Positions 8,663-16,986 of a stretch of 64,000 bases of DNA are shown here, in pieces. Both the position numbers and the translations under genes were made by a program. This stretch comes from Candidatus Sulfotelmatobacter sp. (lineage in GTDB: Bacteria > Acidobacteriota > Terriglobia > Terriglobales > Acidobacteriaceae), in contig JASHNX010000014.1 in NCBI GenBank assembly GCA_030041415.1, positions 14,161-78,160 on the forward strand. The letters are read 5' to 3'. Under the pieces are notes generated by a model that saw only the letters and a list, made by a program, of their open reading frames with translations, made no database searches and was not told where the DNA came from. The stretch's first letter is position 1. Each line of letters opens with the position of its first letter.

Positions 8663-10717
8663 TTGCGGCAAAAATTCCTAATTCATACAAAGGTAATGCG
8701 ATTCCGCAAAATGGCGCCGCCGGCTGCAAAAGCGATGCATATAATCGTTCCAACATTATTAAGGTTAGGGAAATCCATTTTGCCTACAGCCGGCATCGCA
8801 CCCGCTCCGGGATCTTCGTCCGTTGTTAGCGCTCCGGATAACCACGAAACGCGCCGCTCAAAACAGAAAGTGATCTTGTGTCTGGCGCTGGTATTGGCGA
8901 CGCTGGCCATTTACAACCCTGTGGTTCATAACGGATTTACGAACCTCGATGATGATTTGTATATCGTGAACAACCCGCATGTGCGGGCTGGGCTGAGCTG
9001 GAATACGGTGAAGTGGGCCTTCACGAGCGTAGAGGCGGCGAATTGGCACCCGCTCACGTGGATATCGCACGCGCTGGATTATCAAATTTTCAAGTTAAAT
9101 CCTGTCGGACCGCATTATGTGAACGTCCTGTTTCACGCGGCAAATGCAGTGTTGCTGTTCATTCTTCTGGAGGGCGCAACAGGACTGATCTGGCCGAGCA
9201 TTACGGTTGCGGCACTATTTGCTCTGCATCCCATTAATGTTGAGTCTGTGGCCTGGGCCGCGGAGCGCAAGAACGTCTTAAGCATGCTGTTTTTTCTGAT
9301 CGCCCTCCTCGCCTATCAGCGCTATGTGCGGCGACCGGATATTGCGCGCTATGCGCTGGTCGCGACTATTTTTGCTCTCGGACTGATGGCGAAACCAGAA
9401 ATCATTACTTTACCTTTCGTTCTGTTGCTCTGGGACTACTGGCCTTTGCATCGAGTCCAGGGGATGTCGGCAACGACGCGTGCACTTCCTGGAATCCCGC
9501 CGCGATCATTCAAGTACCTTTTTCTCGAAAAAGTTCCTTTGCTGCTGCTCTCGGCGGGCAGCGGCGTGATCACCATTGTTGCGCAGAGCGGCGGACATGC
9601 AGTGCGGCCTGCACCTATATGGGTGCGATGCGGAAATGCGATCGTCGCGTATGTGCGGTATCTGGGAAAGGCATTTTGGCCATCGCGGCTGGCTGTGCTC
9701 TACCCACATCCCGGACGACTGCTTCCGACGTGGCAGATCATTGCTTCGGCGACGCTGTTGCTGGCTTTGACTGTGACCATCGTTCGGTCGCGACGAGATT
9801 ACGCGATTATGGGCTGGTTCTGGTTTCTGGGGACGCTCGTGCCGGTCATCGGACTGGTTCAAGTTGGCTCGCAAGCGATGGCTGATCGATACGCATACAT
9901 TTCTTTCATAGGCTTGTTCATCCTTCTGATTTGGGCCATGGCGGAGTTCGCGCGGGTGAAGAGAATCGCGCCAGAGTGGCTGGCGGCACCAATGCTTGCA
10001 GTTCTTTTAATTTTTGGATTTCTGACTTATCGCCAGATCGGGTTCTGGCAAAATAGCGAGACATTGTGGAGGCACGCGCTCAGCGTCACGGAAAACAATT
10101 ACACGGCTCATGATTTCCTGGCCCGCGATCTGACTCAGCAAGGGCGAATCGATGAAGCCATAGCGGAGCATAACGCAGCGGAGGAACTGCACGCGTATTC
10201 TTCCGAGCAACTAATCTCTATCGCCCTTTTTGAAGAATCCCATGGTCGAATGCAGGCGGCGACGGCTCAACTGGGCCGCGCAGCTGACGCCGCCACAGAT
10301 GCGAACTCGCGCGCGACCGCACTCGCGTTTCTCGGGTTGGCGTTCATGCATTCGGGCGAGCTGGATCGAGCTGGGCAGAGTTATGTCAGCGCGCTGCAGC
10401 AGAACCCCGACAACGGAGTGGCGCTGATTGGCAGCGGATTGCTGGCCGAGCGCGATGGCAATTTCAATCTCGCGGCGCAGCAGATCGACCACGCCATGCG
10501 CGCTGAGCCTACGGATGTTGGCTATGTGTTGCTGGCGGACGCGTGGCAGCGCGCCGGACAAACCGCGGCCGCTGCACAGGCCATAGAGCAGGCGCAGAAG
10601 ATTTCGCTCAACATTGAAGCCGCAAAGAAATCAGCCGCAGAGGTGCTTCGAGCATCCGGACTTTCGCCTGAAATCGACTCTCCGGCGACTTCCGAACCTA
10701 CGAACAGCAGTCGTTAG
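8663..10717 (+). CDS. TMTC-like membrane glycosyltransferase (GT-C fold, DUF1736-type) with C-terminal TPR repeats
   Basis: About 10 TM segments. The first loop after TM1 carries NPVVHNGFTNLDDDLYIVNNPHV and NWHPLTWISHALDY, typical of TMTC/PMT-like proteins. The C-terminal ~200 aa are TPR-like (YTAHDFLARDLTQQGRIDEAIAEH..., ALQQNPDNGVAL...). The start is uncertain: 8663 is a TTG only 1 nt after GGAGG, and ATG candidates lie at 8696, 8711 and 8738. Confidence 0.7.
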   Translation: MRQKFLIHTKVMRFRKMAPPAAKAMHIIVPTLLRLGKSILPTAGIAPAPGSSSVVSAPDNHETRRSKQKVILCLALVLATLAIYNPVVHNGFTNLDDDLYIVNNPHVRAGLSWNTVKWAFTSVEAANWHPLTWISHALDYQIFKLNPVGPHYVNVLFHAANAVLLFILLEGATGLIWPSITVAALFALHPINVESVAWAAERKNVLSMLFFLIALLAYQRYVRRPDIARYALVATIFALGLMAKPEIITLPFVLLLWDYWPLHRVQGMSATTRALPGIPPRSFKYLFLEKVPLLLLSAGSGVITIVAQSGGHAVRPAPIWVRCGNAIVAYVRYLGKAFWPSRLAVLYPHPGRLLPTWQIIASATLLLALTVTIVRSRRDYAIMGWFWFLGTLVPVIGLVQVGSQAMADRYAYISFIGLFILLIWAMAEFARVKRIAPEWLAAPMLAVLLIFGFLTYRQIGFWQNSETLWRHALSVTENNYTAHDFLARDLTQQGRIDEAIAEHNAAEELHAYSSEQLISIALFEESHGRMQAATAQLGRAADAATDANSRATALAFLGLAFMHSGELDRAGQSYVSALQQNPDNGVALIGSGLLAERDGNFNLAAQQIDHAMRAEPTDVGYVLLADAWQRAGQTAAAAQAIEQAQKISLNIEAAKKSAAEVLRASGLSPEIDSPATSEPTNSSR

Positions 10718-10791
10718 AGATTTCTTTGTCCGCTTCGGATCCTCCCGACATTTCTCCGGCGAGCTGTAACTTCTGGGAATCTCGGCATAAA

Positions 10792-11928
10792 ATGCTGTTG
10801 CTCCTCATGCCGAACAAATCCGCACATTTTGAATTTGAAATCGAAAAAGCCATTGCGCGGGCCTGGACGCTTCCCGCAAGCGCCTACTTCGATCCGGAGA
10901 TATATTCGGAAGAGAAAGAGAGGATTTTCGCGCGTACCTGGCAGGTGGTTGGGCATCACGATCAGGTGAAAAACGCGGGCGATTATTTCACGACGGAATT
11001 GACTGGCGAGCCGCTGCTGGTGGTGCGAGGCGTGGATGACAAGCTACGGGCTTTTTACAACGTCTGCCGGCATCGCGCCGGTCCGGCCGCAGAAGGTTGC
11101 GGATCGAGGAAGCTATTTCGTTGCGGTTATCACGGATGGACCTACGATCTCGATGGATCGCTGATCAGCGCGACGGAGATTGAGGGTGTGGAAGGATTTC
11201 GGGCGGAAGATTTTGCGCTGGCGCCAGTGCGCGTGGAGGAGTGGTTCAACTTCGTATTGGTAAATCTGGATCGGGGAGCACGGGTTTTGGGCGAGAGCCT
11301 CAGCGACTTGACCGGGCAGGTGGAGAAATTTCCTTTCAAGGGGATGAATTTGTTTGAGCGGCGAACCTACGACATGAAGTGCAACTGGAAGACGTACGTC
11401 GACAATTATCTGGAAGGCTACCACCTGCCGAGCGTGCACCCGGGATTAAATCGGGAACTCGATTACAACGCGTATACCGTCGAGCCGCATGCAGGATATG
11501 TTCGGCAGTTCAGCCCGATCCGGGGCGCGCAACCGGGAGACGCGACGCCGCGACGTTATCAGGAGGCGCGCGAGGATCTAACGACGGATTATTTCTGGAT
11601 TTTCCCCAACTGGATGCTGAATTGTTATCCGGATAATATTTCGCTGAATATCGTGCTGCCGGTTTCAGCGGAGCGTTCGCTCGCCATTTTCGAATGGTAC
11701 TTGCCAGAGAAAGATCACGGCAGCGCAGCGGCGAAAGCCTCAGTGGAGTTCAGCCATCAGATTCAGATTGAAGATGTGGCGATCTGCGAGACCGTGCAGA
11801 AGAACCTGCATTCGCGCAGTTATTCGCGGGGAAGATTCAGCGTGAAGCAGGAACAGGGAGTGCATGCGTTTCACAGAATGTATGCCGAGGCGATGCGGGA
11901 GGAGTTGGCTGGGCGGGGCGCCAAGTAG
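10792..11928 (+). CDS. Rieske [2Fe-2S] aromatic-ring-hydroxylating oxygenase, alpha-subunit family
   Basis: Rieske motif CRHRAGP-x15-CGYHGWTY. Mononuclear iron motif NYLEGYHLPSVH. The start is uncertain (ATG at 10792 or 10807). Confidence 0.85.
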   Translation: MLLLLMPNKSAHFEFEIEKAIARAWTLPASAYFDPEIYSEEKERIFARTWQVVGHHDQVKNAGDYFTTELTGEPLLVVRGVDDKLRAFYNVCRHRAGPAAEGCGSRKLFRCGYHGWTYDLDGSLISATEIEGVEGFRAEDFALAPVRVEEWFNFVLVNLDRGARVLGESLSDLTGQVEKFPFKGMNLFERRTYDMKCNWKTYVDNYLEGYHLPSVHPGLNRELDYNAYTVEPHAGYVRQFSPIRGAQPGDATPRRYQEAREDLTTDYFWIFPNWMLNCYPDNISLNIVLPVSAERSLAIFEWYLPEKDHGSAAAKASVEFSHQIQIEDVAICETVQKNLHSRSYSRGRFSVKQEQGVHAFHRMYAEAMREELAGRGAK

Positions 11929-12087
11929 TTGGGGGAAACGATGTTCACCGCAGAAATCGTCAGGCCCGCGGATCGCTCGCCGGTCTTAAATTTTACAATC
12001 CTTTGATACTGATTTGATGTAACATCAGTCTCCCTCCCCAACCCCGCGCGAGTGTTCCGCGGGAATTTGCCCGAGGAGGATCCCCGA

Positions 12088-13389
12088 ATGCCTCGCATCT
12101 TAGCGACAATCATCTTTTCGGCAGCGCTGTTCTTGACATTTGTTGGCAGCGCGATGGCCGGCCAGTACAAAGTCATCTACACATTCCAGAGCACAAGCGA
12201 CGCCTACACACCGCAAACCCAAATGATCGCCGATGCCGCCGGCAATCTGTATGGCACAACCCAGTTTGGGGGCGCTCATGGCCTCGGCACCGTCTTCGAA
12301 CTCTCGCCCAGTGGCGACGGAACCTGGACCGAAAGCATTCTTTACAGTTTTGCCGAAGGCACCGACGGTGGACAGCCTTGGACCGGAGTGGTGATGGACA
12401 AGAAGGGCAACCTCTACGGAACCACCTCCGCTGGCGGCAATGCATCCTGCGGGCCGATTCATGGTTTTTGCGGAACCGTTTACGAACTGTCGCCGAATGG
12501 TAACGGAACCTGGACCGAGACTGTCCTCGTGGACTTTACTTACGATAATGGCCTCACTCCCTACGGCAGCCTGATCCTGGACAACGCCGGAAATCTCTAC
12601 GGTACAACCGAGGCCGGTGGCGCCGATGGATGGGGCACTGTGTTTGAGCTTTCTCCCGACGGGGATGGTACCTGGACGCAAACCATCCTCCACAGCTTCG
12701 GCATAGACAATAACGGAGCCAAACCATCCTCTAATCTGCTCTTTGATGCGCAGGGAAATCTCTGGGGCACGACGTCGTTGGGTGGATTGCTTCACGACTG
12801 CCTTGAGAATTATGGCTGCGGGACAATCTTCGAGATGAGCCCGGAGTCCGGCGGAAGCTGGAGCGAAAAGCCGGTGCTTGCCTTCAACAGCAAGAACGGT
12901 TCTCCGCCCAATGGATTGATCCTCGACGCATCCGGCGATCTATTTGGCGTTACGCCCTACGGAGGCCTCGGAACTTGCGATGGATTTATTGTCGACGGAT
13001 GCGGCGAGATTTTTGAGTTGGTATCGAGTTCCAGCGGTTTTCAGCCGCGGATTATCCGCCAGTTCACGAACGACCCGGTCGCCGTGCCGAACGGCATTGC
13101 TATGGATTCACAAGGCAACATTTATGGAACGTCATTTGAGGGCGGGGCGAAGACCTGTGGCATCAATCAGCCGTGCGGGACAATTTATAAAGCCGCCCTC
13201 CAGGGGGATGGAAGCTACCAGTTTTCTGTTCTTTATGAATTTCCCGGAGAGGGTGCGCAAGGCTTCTGGCCTTACGCGCCGCTTACGATCGATGGCGCGG
13301 GGAATATTTACGGCTCAACTGGAAATGGCGGCAATTTGAGTTGCGGCATTGCGGGTGGATGCGGAGTGGTATTTCAGGTCATTCCGTAA
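12088..13389 (+). CDS. secreted GloVer-type tandem-repeat protein (about 7 repeats, beta-propeller-like)
   Basis: ATG at 12088 is preceded by GAGGAGGA. The signal peptide is MPRILATIIFSAALFLTFVGSAMA. Seven repeats of roughly 55-60 aa follow, with the core GNLYGTT-x-GG-...-GT[VI][FY]EL-SP-x-G-x-G-x-W. Confidence 0.8.
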   Translation: MPRILATIIFSAALFLTFVGSAMAGQYKVIYTFQSTSDAYTPQTQMIADAAGNLYGTTQFGGAHGLGTVFELSPSGDGTWTESILYSFAEGTDGGQPWTGVVMDKKGNLYGTTSAGGNASCGPIHGFCGTVYELSPNGNGTWTETVLVDFTYDNGLTPYGSLILDNAGNLYGTTEAGGADGWGTVFELSPDGDGTWTQTILHSFGIDNNGAKPSSNLLFDAQGNLWGTTSLGGLLHDCLENYGCGTIFEMSPESGGSWSEKPVLAFNSKNGSPPNGLILDASGDLFGVTPYGGLGTCDGFIVDGCGEIFELVSSSSGFQPRIIRQFTNDPVAVPNGIAMDSQGNIYGTSFEGGAKTCGINQPCGTIYKAALQGDGSYQFSVLYEFPGEGAQGFWPYAPLTIDGAGNIYGSTGNGGNLSCGIAGGCGVVFQVIP

Positions 13390-13490
13390 CCGAAGTTAAG
13401 TCAATCCAGTTGCGTACGGCGAGACGCGATGATCGGATAATCGGGAGATCGAGCATCTCGCGGATTTTCTTTGCGTCGCCTTTCGACAAC

Positions 13491-14663
13491 TCAAGCGTCG
13501 GCTTTGATCAGCAGGCAGGTTACATCGTCGTGCTGCGGAGTTGAGCCGACGAAGAGATCGAGGCTGGCCATGAGGCGGTCGAGCATTTCTTTTGGCGTTG
13601 CTGACGCGTTTGCACCGAGCAGTGCGATGACACGCGATTCTTCGTACTCTTCCTGACGCGCGTTTTCCGCTTCTACCAGACCATCCGTAAAAATAATCAG
13701 CCAATCGCCGGGCGCGAGAGTGACGCTTGCGGAATCGTATTTGGCCGAGGCCAGAATGCCGAGCGGCAAGCCGCCAACGTCGAGACGCTCGATCGCCCCG
13801 GATGCGCGACGGACGATCGGATTGTTGTGGCCGGCATTGATGTAAGTGAAGACGCGGCGGGCCGTGTCGTACTCGGCGAGAAACGCGGTGGTGAAGCGCA
13901 CTCCGCCCTGACTGTTTGTGCAGGAGTATTTGTTCATGTTGGCGACGAGTTCGGGCAGGGCGACGTCGGCGCTGGAAAGGGTTTTGAGACTGGCCTGAAG
14001 GGTTGCCATGAGCATGGCGGCAGGAATGCTTTTGCCGGCCACGTCGGCGACGGCGAAGACGACGCGGTTTTCATCGCTGGTTTTGCCGGGGCGCGGGAAG
14101 ACGTCGTAGTAGTCCCCGGCAACGGTGTTGGCGGGGCGAGTGGCGTAAGCGATCGAGATGCCGGGAATCTGCGGAGGAGCTCCGGGCAGCAGCCAGGTTT
14201 GAATCTCACGCGCAATCTGCAGATCGCGCTTCATGACTACGCGATCGGCGATCTCCAGCATGAGAAGAAGAAAGAGGAGCAGACCACCCCAGAAATGAAA
14301 ATCGAATTCGATGACGTGAGCGTGCTCGCCCGAGCCGTAGCTGAACCCTCCGCTGGGAAGCACCAGCAAAACCAGCGCTGCCAGCAAAATGACGCGGCGG
14401 GCGGGCGAAAGTTTTTCAATCACCGCCCAGAAGAACTCTTTGACAAGATGCAGGCCTCGTCCGCGGCGGGTAAGGCCTTCGGGAGTTTTGGCGACGACCT
14501 CCCGCGAATAGAGGCGATAACTGGCACGGGCTTCGGTTTCAAACTGCGACCAGAGTTGCGTGAGCTCCATGCCTTCGGTGACTCTGCGCCAGAAAATCTG
14601 CCAGCGTACGCGCCAGGGAAGATGCTGTGGAACGGCAGGCAGAGATGGAGGAGTTGTCGCCAT
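13491..14663 (-). CDS. membrane-anchored PP2C/SpoIIE-family serine phosphatase
   Basis: Two TM segments (VILLAALVLLVLP, GGLLLFLLLMLEI) are followed by IAREIQTWLLP, VAGDYYDVF, FAVADVAGKSIPAAMLMATLQ and IFTDGLVEAEN. This is the SpoIIE/RsbU-type PP2C signature. Confidence 0.85.
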   Translation of the reverse strand: MATTPPSLPAVPQHLPWRVRWQIFWRRVTEGMELTQLWSQFETEARASYRLYSREVVAKTPEGLTRRGRGLHLVKEFFWAVIEKLSPARRVILLAALVLLVLPSGGFSYGSGEHAHVIEFDFHFWGGLLLFLLLMLEIADRVVMKRDLQIAREIQTWLLPGAPPQIPGISIAYATRPANTVAGDYYDVFPRPGKTSDENRVVFAVADVAGKSIPAAMLMATLQASLKTLSSADVALPELVANMNKYSCTNSQGGVRFTTAFLAEYDTARRVFTYINAGHNNPIVRRASGAIERLDVGGLPLGILASAKYDSASVTLAPGDWLIIFTDGLVEAENARQEEYEESRVIALLGANASATPKEMLDRLMASLDLFVGSTPQHDDVTCLLIKADA

Positions 14664-14777
14664 GCGATTGACAGAGATTATAAAAGAACCGATGGCGGCG
14701 GTTGGAACGCCGCAGTGGCAAACGCCGGTCAGCGAGGCAAAGTTCGGTTTGCAAGCTGCAATGAAATTCGGCGATTC

Positions 14778-15791
14778 TTAGAAAAGAGTTAACTGTTCCT
14801 GAGACAACATCGCCGTCCATTTTTCGGCAAATTCTTCGCGGCGTGGACCGGTGCGCTTCATCCCGTATTTCTGGCGGAAGCGGGAAACCAGCTCTGCGAT
14901 ACGCTTGCCATACGAAGGCGGCAAGAATGAGCGGTCGTGGTAACGCTGGCGGTAACTCTCGACGAGGTGCGGAAAGTTTTGCTCGAGAAAGGGAAGAAAA
15001 ATCGCGGCCGAGCAAGGCTTGAGAAACAAAGGTCCGGCGAAAATGTGGGCTGCGCCAGCCGCAGCCGCGGCGCGCACGACCGATTCCAGGTTCGCGGGAG
15101 AATCGGTAATTCCCGGCAGAACCGGCGAGCAGCTTACGCCTACGGTGAGTCCCGCCTGACTGAGTTGCTGGACGGCGTCAATGCGCAGGTCGGGACGCGG
15201 AGCGCGAGGTTCGAGAATGCGAGCCAGATCGGTATCGAGCGTGGTGACGGTAATGTGCACGGATAGAGAGTTGTTCCGCGCTACCTGACGCAACAAGTCC
15301 AGATCGCGAATGATCAAGTTGGACTTGGTTACGATTCCCAACTCGAAGCCGCGATGGCGCGAGAATTCTTCAAGAATGCCGCGCGTAACTTCATAGCGGC
15401 GCTCGGCCGGTTGGTAGGGATCGGTGGCTGTGCCGAGCGCGATCGACTCACCCGGTTTTACTCGCCGCAGATCGCGGCGCAGCAGGTCCCCGGCTTGCTG
15501 CTTGACGTAGATTTTCTGCTCGAACTCGAGGCCATCGCGCATTTCCATAAATTCGTGGGTATAGCGTGCGTAACAGTAACGGCAGGCAAACTCGCAGCCA
15601 CGATAGGGATTGATCGTCCAGGTGAAAGGGAGATTGCGATTGCTGACGCAGCGGTTCAGCAGGGAACGGGAGGGTAAAGTGAAATACTCGACGTTGTGGC
15701 CTTCGCGAATGGATTCACCTTCGGCCGCGAGGCGAGCGATGCCTACGAGTTTGGGCTGGGGAGACGCAGGGAACAGAGGCAGGGAAGACAT
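14778..15791 (-). CDS. radical SAM protein (PA0069/Rv2578c-like family)
   Basis: The CxxxCxxC cluster motif is in GCEFACRYCYARY. 337 aa with a TIM-barrel-like length. Confidence 0.8.
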   Translation of the reverse strand: MSSLPLFPASPQPKLVGIARLAAEGESIREGHNVEYFTLPSRSLLNRCVSNRNLPFTWTINPYRGCEFACRYCYARYTHEFMEMRDGLEFEQKIYVKQQAGDLLRRDLRRVKPGESIALGTATDPYQPAERRYEVTRGILEEFSRHRGFELGIVTKSNLIIRDLDLLRQVARNNSLSVHITVTTLDTDLARILEPRAPRPDLRIDAVQQLSQAGLTVGVSCSPVLPGITDSPANLESVVRAAAAAGAAHIFAGPLFLKPCSAAIFLPFLEQNFPHLVESYRQRYHDRSFLPPSYGKRIAELVSRFRQKYGMKRTGPRREEFAEKWTAMLSQEQLTLF

Positions 15792-15846
15792 GGTAATTCG
15801 CCTTTTGTTCGCCTATGGTATGACAAGTTGAGGGCGGGGTCAAGGG

Positions 15847-16290
15847 TTACTTGCTGGTCGAGTGTGTTCCAGCGGAAGGTCTCAGCAGCAGCGGCAAGCT
15901 CATAGAGATTGCGACTATCCACACCAGCGTGGCCGCAACCAAGAAGAGAATTGCCCGGAAATATCGAGCGGGCATAATCATCACGAGGGCGACCGGTAAC
16001 AGGAAAACTCCGAGAGCATTGAAGCGACAGATCGCCCGGGCCCAGGGTTCTCCCCTGCGAAAAGAGTCGGCGGAATAGACAGTGCTCAGGCCAATGGGAA
16101 CCAGGAGTATGCCTACAACAATGAAACTCAGCAGGAAGGGTGGCCCGATTTGCACAAAGGCCTCTGGAGTTGATTGGCTTGAGACAAAGCGAAGAGCAAA
16201 GGGAGTGGCGGCGAAGTGAATTAGCGCTACGACCAAGAGCAGCACCCCATCTGTTTTCAGAATTCTGGCAGCTAGCGCGGATCGATCCAT
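15847..16290 (-). CDS. hypothetical integral membrane protein
   Basis: Four hydrophobic segments. The ATG at 16290 is preceded by AAGAGGTG at a 6-nt spacing, whereas the track start 16326 is a GTG. Confidence 0.55.
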   Translation of the reverse strand: MDRSALAARILKTDGVLLLVVALIHFAATPFALRFVSSQSTPEAFVQIGPPFLLSFIVVGILLVPIGLSTVYSADSFRRGEPWARAICRFNALGVFLLPVALVMIMPARYFRAILFLVAATLVWIVAISMSLPLLLRPSAGTHSTSK

Positions 16291-16374
16291 AAATGCACCT
16301 CTTAACACGAAATCGATTCGTACCACGAAGGTACGTTAGTCTCTCCAGTTCTGGTCGAGTTCAGTTTGATTCCG

Positions 16375-16887
16375 TTAACGCCCAGGCTGACTTTGTTTGC
16401 GGAAAACCAGCCGTGCGTATCCAAGGGTAAGGCCCACTGAGCCGTATACGGCCGCATTCATGGGAGCAAGCAAGAAAAAAGTCATCGGCAACGAGGGATC
16501 GAAAGTCATCCTCACGAAGTACATGGGACACACCGAAAACATTAGCTGGGGATTGAGATTCCAGGTATGCGGCGCGAGGTAGGCAACAAGCGCCACGAGG
16601 TATGAAATTACGGCGAAGGTGCCAAGCCATTTGAGGAGTAGTAAAAACAACTGTTCGTCGTCCCGATCTTTCCCGCACGGTTTTGCGATCAACGAACGCG
16701 GCAGCACCGCAAGTGTCACGCTGACCAGGCCAACCAGACCGAGTGCGGCTACGAATATGATCCATTCACTCTGAACGGGCAGCTCGGCTCCGCGCATCAT
16801 CAAAAAAGGAACGGCGGTGAAAAGCGAAGTCGCCCCACAAAGAAAAAACGCGATGCGAGATAGAGATCTGATCGCACGTCCGGGCAT
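16375..16887 (-). CDS. hypothetical integral membrane protein
   Basis: Five or six hydrophobic segments. The ATG at 16887 (MPGRAIRSLSRIAFFLCG...) is preferred over the TTG at 16938. No recognisable motif. Confidence 0.5.
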   Translation of the reverse strand: MPGRAIRSLSRIAFFLCGATSLFTAVPFLMMRGAELPVQSEWIIFVAALGLVGLVSVTLAVLPRSLIAKPCGKDRDDEQLFLLLLKWLGTFAVISYLVALVAYLAPHTWNLNPQLMFSVCPMYFVRMTFDPSLPMTFFLLAPMNAAVYGSVGLTLGYARLVFRKQSQPGR

Positions 16888-16986
16888 GGCGCGGATTCTA
16901 ACAGCATATGGATTGCGTGAGGTCCCGATTTCACTCAAAATCCGTTAATCCGCACTAAGGCTGTTGGCGAATTAGGGTTTCCTTGA

